From a virus, in IMG/VR virus record IMGVR_UViG_3300032249_000480, positions 32,001 to 96,000 of that record: a stretch of 64,000 nt of DNA; one strand, written 5' to 3'. The notes beneath the pieces are model-generated. The model saw nothing but the letters and a program-made list of their open reading frames with translations, did not search any database and was not told where the DNA came from. A program made the translations under genes and the position numbers. Shown here one piece after another: positions 29,010-40,043 of the stretch. Every line of letters begins with the position of its first letter. The stretch's first letter is position 1.

Positions 29010-32000
29010 ATGTTTGAGAGTGATGAACTAAAAAATCATCTAGAAACTTCCAATACAATATCTGCTCAGTCTGCCATTGTTGCTGAATGGAATATGAATG
29101 TTCCTGGAAATATCTATAAATTAGGAAATTATAGATACAGATCAACTAGTACACAATACAGTGTATTGCCAGATTTTTTTGACAATAATGATTCTGGTAG
29201 TTTTTACACTGGAGCAACAGATTCAGATATTGTTGTTGACTATGGGTATGATGATGAAGATGTCCCACTTCTCTTTAGATCAAAAAAAACAAAGGAAAAG
29301 TTATATTACTCCTTAGAAGATTGCATTAAACCATTTAGACCAAGATCTGGAATTAATAAACTTTCGTATTTTAGTGGTAATTATATATCTTACCCTAATA
29401 AAGATATGTACACAAGGCCAAGATATTATATGCCACATAAAGATGATACCTTTAAATATTGGAGATCATACCGAACTGAGAGCGTTGTACCACCACCACT
29501 TAGTGAAACTAATGCTTTAATTCCAGTATCTATACAACAAAGTAATATTGAGTATGGTATTTCAAAAAATAGTAGTGATGGAAGATATTTAATTGAAGAT
29601 GCAAATCCATTTGTTGTATATAAAGAAGAAGTTCCAGCAAACAGAATTGTTATAAAAGTACAAACAAATGTTGGATCATCTGATCTAGGTCCTTTTAAAA
29701 ATACTGGTGGAACAACTTTTAACGATCCTTTTTATGGAAATTCAAATAAAACAACTCCTCAAAATTTTAAAATTCAATATCTAGATATTTATAATAAATG
29801 GCAAGATGCTTATTCATTTGATGAAGCGCCATTTATTGATGATTTACAAAGACCAACAATTCCTGATGATGGACATATTGAGTTGCAGTATGGTCTTGAA
29901 GTTCCAACAAGATATATTAATAATTTTGTTTTTAAAAGAATAGAGACATCAGTAAACGCATTGCCAAATATAAATATAATTGGCTCTGCTTATTTGATTG
30001 CAAACAATCCAACAGACCGTGGAACACTAGCAATTTATAATGGTTTTGGGTATGATTTTAGTATTCCAGTATATAAGTGGCAAGTTGGATCAGACTCAAT
30101 AACAAGTAATAGTACCTTTGTTAATGATTTTACAAATCCATCATATTTTAGGGAATCAAGCAGTCTTGAAAGAACATATAGAGAATTTGTTTGGGTAAAA
30201 GGAATAAGACTAGTTGTAACAACAATGAATAAGCCAGACATACCATTAGAGTTGATAGAAATGTCTCCAAGACTTATTGCAAATATAACAAATAATGTTT
30301 TAGAATTTGAAATAACAAAAGTTTTGTCTGATCTTGGAAACTCAACATTACCAGTTGGACAAGTTATGCCTGGAAGTGGAACAATATCTTTGTTTGATTC
30401 AGATCAATCTTTTGCTGAAACAAATATTTGGAATGGAGAATCTGGAAGTATTATTGCAAAGTATTTAAATAAAAACATAAAATTTATATTTTTTGAAGTT
30501 ATTAAAAATGTAAATGGAGCAGATTACTATGTTCCTATTAAAACATTGTATTCAACAAATATGCCACAAGTTGATCAAACAAATTCTAACATATCCATTG
30601 AATTAAGAGATTTTTATTTTCATTTTGAATTAACAAAAGCACCTCAAATATTTTTGCAAGAAGTATCATTAAGTCAGGCTATATGTATACTTCTAGATTC
30701 TATAGGCTTTTCTAATTATATATTTAAAAGATTAAGCAATGCAAATGATCCAATAATTCCAAATTTTTTTATTGCTCCAGAACAAAGCACGGCAGAAGTA
30801 TTAAACCAATTAGCAATTGCAACACAGTCGGCAATGTTTTTTGATGAATATAACAACTTTGTTGTAATGACTAAAGAATATGTTCTTGATAGTACTGGAG
30901 AAAGATCTGCAGATATAGTTTTGTATGGAAATAACAATTCTGGTAAATTAGAAAATATTATCTCCATATCATCTCAAGATAAAAAAGTTATTAATTCTGG
31001 AACAATAAATTATGTTGCTAGATATATTGCTAGAACATATGGAAGTTTTGCTCAATCTCAATATACAGATAAGTCATGGATATATAAGCCTTCTTTACTT
31101 TGGGAAGTTTCTGGATCATCTGCAACGACAACTCTTAATAATCAAACACAATCAAAATATGCTTTATCAGCAATGCCATTAAATACAGATTTAACAAATA
31201 ATATCCCAACTGTTTCTGGAAATGTTCTTATTAACAATAAAATTGATTTGGGTGAAAATGCATTTTGGATAACAAGGTTTAAAGGAATGCTTTATGCAAA
31301 TGGTGAAATCATTAAATATGATGCAGTTGAATATAATATAACTGGAACTGGAAATGTATGGATAAGCACTAGTCAAGAGTATCAAGATTATTTTTCAAAA
31401 CTACCATTTAACGGAAAAATTTATCCAACAGGATTAGTTAGAATTTATGCAGAGCCATACTATGAAACAATTAATGGATTTACAAAATTAAAAAATGGTC
31501 CAGTAGTAAAGCATGGTCGTGGACAGTTTGGTACAGAGATTGTTGCACACAATGCTGGATTAAATCCATATTGGTATGACAATAATTATGTACAAGGATG
31601 CGATATGGAATCACAGTACTTATATACTACAGAGATTCAGCCAACACTTCCAGCAACAGTGTCAACTGGCGCAGCAGGAGTAAATCAAACTCTTGCACAA
31701 AAATCAGAAAGAACTGGAATTATTAAAAACTTTATGTCTTCTAAATTTTTTAATGAAAGTGGTTTAAAATCTTTAACATCAGCAGCAGGAGGAACAATTC
31801 AGTCTTCTGCACTTGTAATAAATGGTCCAGGCTTTGGAACAAATGATGTTCCAAGAAACTTTATATCATATGTTTGGAAAAGCCTAGACAAACTTTATCC
31901 ACATATTGGAACAAGAGTTAGAATTATTGGCAAAGTTGAAGCATTAGGAGATATGTCTCAAAGCCCAGTAGGAGCAATGACATACTTTAACCTTCCTGGA

Positions 32001-33359
32001 AGTGATCCAACACAGAGTGTAAGCATTGGTGGCGGTTCAGCGGGTATTTCATTAGTTGATCCAAAAACTAATATTGGATATTACTTTGAAATTGCAGCAC
32101 TTACTACTGCAAATTTGCAAACATATTTAAAGATTGATTCAAAGACTGGCTTAAGTACTAATGCTATTAACAATATAATGTTTTATAAAATTCAAAAAGA
32201 GCCGTCATCAAGCAAGGCAATTCCTGTATCTCTTTGGGGTGGCGTAGGAAACATTATTGTTGATGATGGCAACTTTGCTGGACAATATAGACTGGCAAAT
32301 GAGGAAAATCCTTCAGTGTATGACTTATCTATGGAATATGTTGATGAAGGATCTAAAAGAATATTTTACTTATATATAAATGGAAAATTAGTTAAAACTG
32401 TTATAGATTCAACTCCAATTACATTGATTAATCCATCAATAGGACTTTTTGTTAGAGGAACAACAAAAGCAATGTTTGAAAATATTTATGCACTTGGTAA
32501 AAATTATGCAACAAATGCAGTGTTTGATTTAGATGCACCAATTGCATCAGTTTTTGGTGATGATAATAATAGCGTAAATGCAATAGAAGCATTAAATAAA
32601 TATGCAATTAGCGGTGTTATTCAAAAAACATATTTAACTGGAATTGGAACCACTAAAGGTATTCCATCTTATAATATTTATTTTGAAGAATTTGGAACAA
32701 TTTTAAGAGAATGTGCATATTTTAATATAAAATATGATAGAGCATACCCAGCACTGTATGCAAGAATTGCACCCACATTAAATAGGCTTAAAGGTTATAC
32801 AGTCTCTGGATTTACTGCAGATTCATATGGAGCAGAATTTTTAATTTTTAACAATACAGATACTATTTTAAATTTAGATGAGACTTCTGGTAATTTTTTA
32901 AGAATTCAGGGTGTAACATTTACTCAAGACACAACAAATACAATAACTATTGATGACTATTACAATAATAAAGGAAATGCATCAGATCCAGAACTGCTAG
33001 GAAATAATTTAGTAACATCACCATTTAGGATTAATGAAGAGTATGACCAAATAAAATTAAGCAGAATACTATATGGCAAAAATGAATTCTTTTTAGACAG
33101 TCAATATATTCAAGATTCAGACACTGCCAACGATTTACTTGGCTGGATAGCAAGTAAAAATTTAAAGCCTAAAAAGAACGTTGGTTTAGATATATTTTCA
33201 ATACCAACATTGCAACTTGGAGATATTGTAAACTTATCATATAAAGAAAATGGTATTGATGCAATAACATCGGATAAAACAAATTTTGTAGTATATAATA
33301 TTAACTATAAAAAATCTATTGATGGTCCAACCATGACTGTTTATTTGAGCGAGGTATAA
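29010..33359 (+). CDS. Large minor tail / baseplate hub protein
   Basis: 1449 aa; QSAMFFDEYNNF and C-terminal PTLQLGDIV hub-type motifs. Confidence 0.7.
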   Translation: MFESDELKNHLETSNTISAQSAIVAEWNMNVPGNIYKLGNYRYRSTSTQYSVLPDFFDNNDSGSFYTGATDSDIVVDYGYDDEDVPLLFRSKKTKEKLYYSLEDCIKPFRPRSGINKLSYFSGNYISYPNKDMYTRPRYYMPHKDDTFKYWRSYRTESVVPPPLSETNALIPVSIQQSNIEYGISKNSSDGRYLIEDANPFVVYKEEVPANRIVIKVQTNVGSSDLGPFKNTGGTTFNDPFYGNSNKTTPQNFKIQYLDIYNKWQDAYSFDEAPFIDDLQRPTIPDDGHIELQYGLEVPTRYINNFVFKRIETSVNALPNINIIGSAYLIANNPTDRGTLAIYNGFGYDFSIPVYKWQVGSDSITSNSTFVNDFTNPSYFRESSSLERTYREFVWVKGIRLVVTTMNKPDIPLELIEMSPRLIANITNNVLEFEITKVLSDLGNSTLPVGQVMPGSGTISLFDSDQSFAETNIWNGESGSIIAKYLNKNIKFIFFEVIKNVNGADYYVPIKTLYSTNMPQVDQTNSNISIELRDFYFHFELTKAPQIFLQEVSLSQAICILLDSIGFSNYIFKRLSNANDPIIPNFFIAPEQSTAEVLNQLAIATQSAMFFDEYNNFVVMTKEYVLDSTGERSADIVLYGNNNSGKLENIISISSQDKKVINSGTINYVARYIARTYGSFAQSQYTDKSWIYKPSLLWEVSGSSATTTLNNQTQSKYALSAMPLNTDLTNNIPTVSGNVLINNKIDLGENAFWITRFKGMLYANGEIIKYDAVEYNITGTGNVWISTSQEYQDYFSKLPFNGKIYPTGLVRIYAEPYYETINGFTKLKNGPVVKHGRGQFGTEIVAHNAGLNPYWYDNNYVQGCDMESQYLYTTEIQPTLPATVSTGAAGVNQTLAQKSERTGIIKNFMSSKFFNESGLKSLTSAAGGTIQSSALVINGPGFGTNDVPRNFISYVWKSLDKLYPHIGTRVRIIGKVEALGDMSQSPVGAMTYFNLPGSDPTQSVSIGGGSAGISLVDPKTNIGYYFEIAALTTANLQTYLKIDSKTGLSTNAINNIMFYKIQKEPSSSKAIPVSLWGGVGNIIVDDGNFAGQYRLANEENPSVYDLSMEYVDEGSKRIFYLYINGKLVKTVIDSTPITLINPSIGLFVRGTTKAMFENIYALGKNYATNAVFDLDAPIASVFGDDNNSVNAIEALNKYAISGVIQKTYLTGIGTTKGIPSYNIYFEEFGTILRECAYFNIKYDRAYPALYARIAPTLNRLKGYTVSGFTADSYGAEFLIFNNTDTILNLDETSGNFLRIQGVTFTQDTTNTITIDDYYNNKGNASDPELLGNNLVTSPFRINEEYDQIKLSRILYGKNEFFLDSQYIQDSDTANDLLGWIASKNLKPKKNVGLDIFSIPTLQLGDIVNLSYKENGIDAITSDKTNFVVYNINYKKSIDGPTMTVYLSEV

Positions 33360-33362
33360 TAA

Positions 33363-34190
33363 ATGGCAACAGCAAAACCAGGTGATACCTTATCAGGTAT
33401 TGCAAAAGCAAACGGAACAACAGTTGCACAAATATTAACTGACAATCCAAAACTTGCTGCTCGTGCAGCAGCAGGTGAAACTGTATTATTTAGTGGAACA
33501 AATGTAAAAATTACAGCACCAAATACTGCAAGTAACCCGTATGGTGCAAATCAGTCTGGCAAGGGTGCAGGACTTGGAACAGCATCAGTTCCAATTTCTA
33601 CTGTTAACAGTGTTTTGGGTTCTTCTAATACATCTAATACTACTTCAACAATTATACCTAAGCCAACACAACCAACACAGCCACCAGAGCCTCCACCAAC
33701 AAATCCAATAGTTTATCCAACACCACCAAGCGCTCCGTCATCAACAAATACTACATCAACACCAGCAATTAAAACAGCCCCAATAGATACAGTATTATTT
33801 AATGATGACTTAATAGACAGTCAACTATACTTAGATATATTATTTGAAAATGTTGGTGGTCAAGAACTTCTAGCAATTTCAAGATATGATACTGTCAATG
33901 GTCAAAGTGTAAAATATCAACCAATTAAAAATCTAAAATTAATCCAACAAGAATATAATCCATTCAACCTAGTTAAACTGCAACAAACATCTGTAAATAT
34001 TTTTGATAACTTTTCTATAAAATTAAATGATAAAATCCCAACTTTAACAAATGATCCATCTGGAAATAATGCAAATGTTTGGGTAGATGTAGATGGATCT
34101 ATTGTGATAGAATTGATTAATATGCTTAATGATGAACAAGTTGAAGTTGAAATAGCGTATAATGGAACTATATATGAGGCAGGAATATAA
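33363..34190 (+). CDS. LysM-domain tail protein with Pro/Thr-rich linker
   Basis: KPGDTLSGIAKANGTTVAQILTDNP LysM; PKPTQPTQPPEPPPTNP linker. Confidence 0.8.
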   Translation: MATAKPGDTLSGIAKANGTTVAQILTDNPKLAARAAAGETVLFSGTNVKITAPNTASNPYGANQSGKGAGLGTASVPISTVNSVLGSSNTSNTTSTIIPKPTQPTQPPEPPPTNPIVYPTPPSAPSSTNTTSTPAIKTAPIDTVLFNDDLIDSQLYLDILFENVGGQELLAISRYDTVNGQSVKYQPIKNLKLIQQEYNPFNLVKLQQTSVNIFDNFSIKLNDKIPTLTNDPSGNNANVWVDVDGSIVIELINMLNDEQVEVEIAYNGTIYEAGI

Positions 34191-35500
34191 TGATAACTAA
34201 TATTGGCAAAGAAATTATTGCAAAGTACTTGATTGGAACTGCCCCTGCCTATGCATCATATCTTGCAGTTGGCTGTGGTGCTAAACCAAGAACAAATACA
34301 AATTCAATTGCAAGCGTTTCATCTTCTGGATCAACTGTAACAGTTTCCAGCACATCATCATTATGGGTTGGTGCTAAAATAACAATTTTAAGCGGTACTG
34401 GAACATTAAGCACAGTATCAGATACACTAGTTACAGCAATAACAAGCAGCACTCAGTTTACTGTAAGCCCTACGCCAACTGTTAATCTTTCTAGTGCTAC
34501 TATTTCAATAGAAGTTGATCCATCAAAACAGGTCTTAGATTTTGAAATGTTTAGGGTTCCAATTACTTCTACTGGATATGTCAATGACGATGGAGTAAAT
34601 AAACTTATTTTTACAGCAGAACTTCCAACTGAAGAAAGATACGAAATATCAGAAATAGGATTATTTTCTGCAGGATCAAATCCTTCTGCAACATCATACG
34701 ATAGCAAAACAATAACTGCATTTACAGGAACTGAAGGCTGGAAATATAATGACGGTTCAACAATTTCAAATCCAACAGTTATTACAGAAAAAATAACAAA
34801 TTCTTTAAATGTTATAACATCTGCTAGTTCTGCTATTCAAACAAACTCAAACAATTTAGGATTTATAGATGCTACACGTTCAGCAAGATATGAAAGATGC
34901 AGATATTTAAATAATATTTTAATGTTGAAAGGAAACACATCAAACCTTACATCATCTGGTGGAGTATTTTCTATAGGCTCTGGTGCAAAATTTTTACAAT
35001 TAACTGGTCAAACGGTAGACCTTTCAAGAAACTCTACCGCAGATTTATTAAAAGTAGCATTTTCATTAGTTAATGTTGATGGTGCTTCATTAACACAACC
35101 AGATACTGTGCGTGTTTTGGTTGAGTTTTCTAATAGCGATGAAACTCAATATGCTAGATTAAATGCAGAAATGACAAACACCATTGGAGATTTTTCAACA
35201 AATAGATATTTTGTTATATCAAAACGACTTGATCAACTGTCTTATAGTACTGGGTCAACATTTTCTTGGAACAATGTTTCAAAAATAAAAGTTTATGCAA
35301 GTGTATTGATAGGTTCAACACCATCAGCAAATTATTTTGTTGCTCTTGATGCACTTAGGCTTGATAATGTAGCAACTATCAATCCACTTTATGGAATGAC
35401 TGGATATTCTATTATACAAAATACAAATAAAGAAACAGTAATTAAATCTCCTAATACTAATAATTATATTGAATTTAGAGTCGTTATGGATGTAACATAA
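34190..35500 (+). CDS. Minor tail / baseplate protein
   Basis: MITNIGK..YLAVGCG..FTAELP..EIGLF tail-collar-like N terminus. Confidence 0.6.
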   Translation: MITNIGKEIIAKYLIGTAPAYASYLAVGCGAKPRTNTNSIASVSSSGSTVTVSSTSSLWVGAKITILSGTGTLSTVSDTLVTAITSSTQFTVSPTPTVNLSSATISIEVDPSKQVLDFEMFRVPITSTGYVNDDGVNKLIFTAELPTEERYEISEIGLFSAGSNPSATSYDSKTITAFTGTEGWKYNDGSTISNPTVITEKITNSLNVITSASSAIQTNSNNLGFIDATRSARYERCRYLNNILMLKGNTSNLTSSGGVFSIGSGAKFLQLTGQTVDLSRNSTADLLKVAFSLVNVDGASLTQPDTVRVLVEFSNSDETQYARLNAEMTNTIGDFSTNRYFVISKRLDQLSYSTGSTFSWNNVSKIKVYASVLIGSTPSANYFVALDALRLDNVATINPLYGMTGYSIIQNTNKETVIKSPNTNNYIEFRVVMDVT

Positions 35501-35922
35501 TGGCAGATGCTGGAATAAAACAAATAAGAATACCAAAAAATGAATTACCACCAGTTGATGAAAATAATTCATATACGCTTAGATATAGAGTAGTGTCTGA
35601 AGATAAAAACAGATCGTCACATTATTCTCCAATGGCTACTGTAGAGACTGTAACAATTCAAACAGTACCTGGAACTCTTGTAAAAAATGGAACATATTCA
35701 ACAGCCATTTGGGATGATGCAAACAATAATCCCAAATATGATATATTTGTTAAATTTGATGGAGGCTCTTATGTTTATCATGGCACTTCTCCAATTCACA
35801 CATATTCATTTTTAAATACAGGAACTGTAAGTGTTAGAGTATTAGTGCAAATTGAAAGTATACTTAAGGTCAGAAATGCATATTTGACAATATTTGAGTC
35901 ATCTGTGGTATCTCTGGTATAA
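35500..35922 (+). CDS. Minor virion protein
   Basis: Coupled ORF in the tail module; LRYRVVSEDKNRSSHYSP. Confidence 0.5.
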   Translation: MADAGIKQIRIPKNELPPVDENNSYTLRYRVVSEDKNRSSHYSPMATVETVTIQTVPGTLVKNGTYSTAIWDDANNNPKYDIFVKFDGGSYVYHGTSPIHTYSFLNTGTVSVRVLVQIESILKVRNAYLTIFESSVVSLV

Positions 35923-35939
35923 TTAAATAGGAGAATAAA

Positions 35940-36383
35940 ATGGCAAAAGTACCTTTACCAGAACGTGGTCAACCTATTGATGTAGCATACCTATATCAAA
36001 TGGCTAATGGCATTAACCAATTGTCTGATCAAGTATCTAGTGCAACATATAATTATGCAACTATAGACACAGCGTCCGCTGGACCACAAAATGTAAAAAC
36101 ATCTGAGATGAGAGTTGTAGGTGGATCAATTACTGTTCAAAATAACAGTACAGTTACAGCATCCTCAACAAAAACATTTACATATACATTTGCTGGAGAT
36201 TTTAAATATACACCAATTGTAACTGCAACCGCAGTAAACATTGGGAAAACTACAGCAGGAGAAAATGTATCTGTGGTAATTACAGATATAACAAGATCAA
36301 GTGTGACTGGACTAGTTAGATTTAATACAAGTGGAGACTTGTCCACTGTTGTAAATTTAATAATTATAGGAATTCCAAATTAA
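35940..36383 (+). CDS. Minor tail protein
   Basis: Beta-rich, FKYTPIVTAT, ends IIIGIPN; TGGTATAAT at 35915. Confidence 0.55.
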   Translation: MAKVPLPERGQPIDVAYLYQMANGINQLSDQVSSATYNYATIDTASAGPQNVKTSEMRVVGGSITVQNNSTVTASSTKTFTYTFAGDFKYTPIVTATAVNIGKTTAGENVSVVITDITRSSVTGLVRFNTSGDLSTVVNLIIIGIPN

Positions 36384-36576
36384 AAAATTAAAATGTTTAA
36401 AATGCAATGGAAGAATGTTTATAGATCGTCAATACACAACTGTTGACCATGTTGAAACATTTTGCATGATATGTGGATCAAGAAATTTTTATCATCCACC
36501 AAGTGAAAGCAGTGAGGGAATATGGCTACTTACACAAGAAAGACTACGAGCAAAGAATATAATGATGCCTCTGTAA
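36379..36576 (+). CDS. Zinc-finger protein missed by the ORF track; no canonical start before the first CxxC
   Basis: IKKLKCLKCNGRMFIDRQYTTVDHVETFCMICGSRNFYHPPSES...; two CxxC pairs; candidate ATT start. Confidence 0.6.
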   Translation: MKKLKCLKCNGRMFIDRQYTTVDHVETFCMICGSRNFYHPPSESSEGIWLLTQERLRAKNIMMPL

Positions 36577-37064
36577 TTAAGGGCAATCAAAAAGTTTGGT
36601 TCCTTAATGGAGATTTGGTAAGAGTGCATCATTACAATAGGTCTAATGGACTTATTTCTGTTTATAACATAATTCAAGATAGAATTGAAACTTGTTTAAT
36701 TAGTGATTTTAAACGTAATAGAGAAAAGGCATATACAGTTGGTGAGACTGCTAAATTAATTAATCGTCATAAAAAATATATGCCAAGTCTAATAAAACGA
36801 GGTGTTATACCTGGACCTATTGGTTCACAAAAAGGTGGTAAAACTGGATGGCAAGTAAGATCGTATTACTCTGAATCTCATGTAAAAGAGATACGTGATA
36901 TACTTGCAAGTATACATATGGGTCAACCAAGAAAAGACGGTTTAGTTACAAATAATATTACTCCCAATAGCCAAGAGTTGACAAGGCGTATGGGAGAAGG
37001 TATACTTACATATACGAGAACAGAAGATGGAAGGTTTATTCCAGTTTGGAATGAGTCTATTTAA
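36522..37064 (+). CDS. MerR-like HTH DNA-binding protein
   Basis: YTVGETAKLINRH....LIKRGVIP...RSYYSESHV. Confidence 0.7.
   Translation: MATYTRKTTSKEYNDASVIKGNQKVWFLNGDLVRVHHYNRSNGLISVYNIIQDRIETCLISDFKRNREKAYTVGETAKLINRHKKYMPSLIKRGVIPGPIGSQKGGKTGWQVRSYYSESHVKEIRDILASIHMGQPRKDGLVTNNITPNSQELTRRMGEGILTYTRTEDGRFIPVWNESI
36978..37006 (+). promoter_or_regulatory. SigmaA-type promoter inside the HTH gene, facing the replication genes
   Basis: TTGACA-17 nt-TATACT. Confidence 0.7.
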
Positions 37065-37079
37065 TAGAATGGGTGGAAA

Positions 37080-37289
37080 ATGGAAAACGATTCAACTAAG
37101 GTATCAGTAACACTTGGATACACGCTTAACCTTGGAAATTTTCAATCGCTAAGACTTGATCTTGGTGTTGTAGATTCTAAGCGAGATGGAGAAAATACAG
37201 ATCAGGCTTTTGATCGTGTATATAAGTTTGTTGAAGATAAACTAACTTCAAAAATAAAAGAAGCACAGTCAGAGGCTGCTGAAGGATAA
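37080..37289 (+). CDS. Hypothetical protein
   Basis: ORF, GYTLNLGNFQSLRLD; coupled to next gene. Confidence 0.65.
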   Translation: MENDSTKVSVTLGYTLNLGNFQSLRLDLGVVDSKRDGENTDQAFDRVYKFVEDKLTSKIKEAQSEAAEG

Positions 37290-37600
37290 TGGCAGACCGC
37301 AAAGACCGAATGGCTTTGCTTAGTCGCTACAGCAAGTTTTATACTGCAAAGTATGAGCAAAAGCCATCTTTAAATTTAAATGTAGAGCAATGGTCTGCTG
37401 ATGCCCTTATTGAGTCATATGGAATTAGTCAATGCTATGATCTTTTAGAATATTATTTTAGCGTTGCACCTTCACCAACATGGAACTATTTTGCATATAA
37501 CGCAGAAAAAATATTGCAGGCAATTAAAGATAAGAAACAAGATAATGAAGAAAGAGCACAACGCAGGATTATGGCAAGGGAATGGTTAAAGAGTGAATAA
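37289..37600 (+). CDS. Hypothetical protein preceding the helicase
   Basis: Coupled ORF. Confidence 0.65.
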   Translation: MADRKDRMALLSRYSKFYTAKYEQKPSLNLNVEQWSADALIESYGISQCYDLLEYYFSVAPSPTWNYFAYNAEKILQAIKDKKQDNEERAQRRIMAREWLKSE

Positions 37601-38819
37601 TACAGAAGCAAAATTACTTTCAGCAGTATTGGAAGACAAGCAGATCCATGTTTTGCTTCAAGCGAATGTAGACAACCTTCTCAGAACTCATAGTGACATA
37701 TGGCAGTTTATTCGTAACTATTCAGAACATAATGCAGCATTACCACCTACATCTTTAGTTGTTGAAAAATTTAGAGACTTTGAACCAATTAAAGGTATAG
37801 GATCAACAAAGCATCACCTTGAAGAATTACAAACAGAATATTTAAATGATAGTCTTAAGGATATTATTAGAAGTGCAGCATCTGATATTCAACTTGGTCA
37901 AGGTGGACAAGCACTTGAATCTTTAATTCAAAAAACATCTGAACTAAAAAAGAATACATCAATGATTCGTGATATTGATGTAACAGATCTTGAATCTGCC
38001 CTTGCTTATTATGAAAATGTAAAAGAACAGCAGGCTTTAGGTCATCGTGGAATTAAAACTGGTCTTCCAGGATTTGATAACTATTTACCTTCTGGAATTA
38101 TGCCAGGCCAATTAGGAGTGTTTCTTGCATATCCAGGTATTGGAAAATCATGGCTTGCTCTTTACTTTGCTGTACAGGCTTGGAAGCAGGGAAAGTCTCC
38201 ACTTATTATTTCTCTTGAAATGAGTGAAACAGAAGTTCGCAACCGTGTATTTACAATTATGGGTGAAGGTCTTTGGTCTCACAGAAAATTATCTAATGGT
38301 GAAGTTGAATTAGATATGCTGAAAAAATGGCATGCTGATAAACTTGAAGGAAAGCCTGAGTTTCATATTATTTCAAGTGACCAAGGAGGAGAAGTAACTC
38401 CATCAGTATTGCGTGGAAAGATTGATCAATACAAACCAGATTTTGTTATTGTAGATTATTTACAACTTATGAGTCCAAATCAAAAGTCAGATAATGAAAC
38501 GGTACGAATGAAAAATCTTTCAAGAGAACTTAAACTTATGGCTATTGGTGAAGAAGTTCCTATTATTGCTATTTCATCTGCAACACCTGATGATGTTAAT
38601 GATTTAAGTAGTGTTCCAACACTTGGTCAAACTGCATGGTCAAGACAGATTGCTTATGATGCTGACTGGGTTATGGCTTTAGGTCGTGCTACTAATAGTG
38701 ATATCATTGAATGTGCATTTCGTAAAAACCGTAATGGTTTTATGGGAGACTTTTTAGTTCAATGTGATTTTGATAGAGGATATTATCGCTACAAAGATTA
38801 TGAAGATAAGCAGGTATAA
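37593..38819 (+). CDS. dnaB: DnaB-like replicative helicase
   Basis: AYPGIGKS Walker A, SLEMS, VIVDYLQLM, IAYDAD, KNRNG. Confidence 0.93.
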   Translation: MNNTEAKLLSAVLEDKQIHVLLQANVDNLLRTHSDIWQFIRNYSEHNAALPPTSLVVEKFRDFEPIKGIGSTKHHLEELQTEYLNDSLKDIIRSAASDIQLGQGGQALESLIQKTSELKKNTSMIRDIDVTDLESALAYYENVKEQQALGHRGIKTGLPGFDNYLPSGIMPGQLGVFLAYPGIGKSWLALYFAVQAWKQGKSPLIISLEMSETEVRNRVFTIMGEGLWSHRKLSNGEVELDMLKKWHADKLEGKPEFHIISSDQGGEVTPSVLRGKIDQYKPDFVIVDYLQLMSPNQKSDNETVRMKNLSRELKLMAIGEEVPIIAISSATPDDVNDLSSVPTLGQTAWSRQIAYDADWVMALGRATNSDIIECAFRKNRNGFMGDFLVQCDFDRGYYRYKDYEDKQV

Positions 38820-38825
38820 TATAAT

Positions 38826-39152
38826 GTGCACAATTATCATCATAAACCAATTAAAAAATTTAATCTAAATGGATTAATTTATGATGAAGCAGCAACACCA
38901 AGACTAAAAAATGAATATATAAGATTAGTTTTATCGCAAATGAAACTTTTAGGATATGTGCCAAGGTTTGACATAAATCCTGATTTTACGGTAGACTATA
39001 ATGAGAAGAAGCAACACTTTGAGTTTAAACTCTCAGTTTATGGAATCTATATAGGAAAGAAGCAAACAGAATGTATACAAGGGATAGAAGGCAACAAGGT
39101 GATATATACACCGCCGAACAAGTTAAAAGAGTCCTCAACGGCTCAGGCATAG
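38826..39152 (+). CDS. Hypothetical protein overlapping the primase start
   Basis: ORF with GTG start after GGTATAAT. Confidence 0.6.
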   Translation: MHNYHHKPIKKFNLNGLIYDEAATPRLKNEYIRLVLSQMKLLGYVPRFDINPDFTVDYNEKKQHFEFKLSVYGIYIGKKQTECIQGIEGNKVIYTPPNKLKESSTAQA

Positions 39153-40015
39153 ACATTGCAAATGAATTAGATAATGACTACATAGTATTTTGTGTTTATC
39201 ATAATAACTATCGTACACCTGCTGCAGAAATATCAAAAACAAAAGGAACCTTTTTTTGCTTCTCTTGTCAAATAACTAAGACTCTTATTGAAGTTGTAAT
39301 GCATGCCTCTGCAAGATCTTATTTTGAGGCTGCCCGTTTTATTAAAGGAAAAGAACAAGAAAACAATATTGAGTCTGTAATTAATAAAGCATTATATGCA
39401 AAACCAGAATATGTACAATTTGATGAACTAGTTATTAAAAGACTTTATAACAATCTAACAACATATGAAAGAGCAAAGGATTACTTTAACTATCGCAAAA
39501 TCAGCATGTCTTCTTGTACAAAGTTTTCATTAGGATATTCAGAAAAGCAAGATATGGTTACTGTTCCAGTACACTCACCAGACGGAATGCCCCTTGGATT
39601 TGTTGGTCGCTCTATTGAAGGTAAAGAATTTAAAAATACACCAGGTCTTCCAAAAAGTAAGGTTTTGTTTAACTTACATAGAGTAAAATCATCTGATAAG
39701 GTATATATAGTAGAGTCATCATTTGATGCAATTAGACTTGATCAGGTAGGGTTTCCAGCAGTTGCTACCCTTGGTGCAAATGTATCAAACACACAAACAG
39801 AATTGCTTCAGAAATATTTCAATAATATAATTGTTATTGCAGATAATGATGAAGCGGGAGGAAATATGAAAGACAGGATAATTGAAAAACTTGGATCTCG
39901 TGTTTCCGTTATACAGTTAGAAAAACAATATAAAGACATAGGCGATATGAGTGATGAAGCAATTAAAACTTTAGAGTTTAAGTTTGACAATTCAATCATG
40001 TCTATGCTAAACTAA
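39071..40015 (+). CDS. dnaG: DNA primase (zinc finger + TOPRIM)
   Basis: CVYH...CFSC, GFVGR, IVESSFDAI, ADNDEAG, KDIGD. Confidence 0.9.
   Translation: MYTRDRRQQGDIYTAEQVKRVLNGSGIDIANELDNDYIVFCVYHNNYRTPAAEISKTKGTFFCFSCQITKTLIEVVMHASARSYFEAARFIKGKEQENNIESVINKALYAKPEYVQFDELVIKRLYNNLTTYERAKDYFNYRKISMSSCTKFSLGYSEKQDMVTVPVHSPDGMPLGFVGRSIEGKEFKNTPGLPKSKVLFNLHRVKSSDKVYIVESSFDAIRLDQVGFPAVATLGANVSNTQTELLQKYFNNIIVIADNDEAGGNMKDRIIEKLGSRVSVIQLEKQYKDIGDMSDEAIKTLEFKFDNSIMSMLN
39984..40013 (+). promoter_or_regulatory. SigmaA-type promoter of the SSB-polymerase operon
   Basis: TTGACA-18 nt-TAAACT with TG extension. Confidence 0.65.
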
Positions 40016-40043
40016 AACACACAAACAATAAAAGGAGAAAAAT

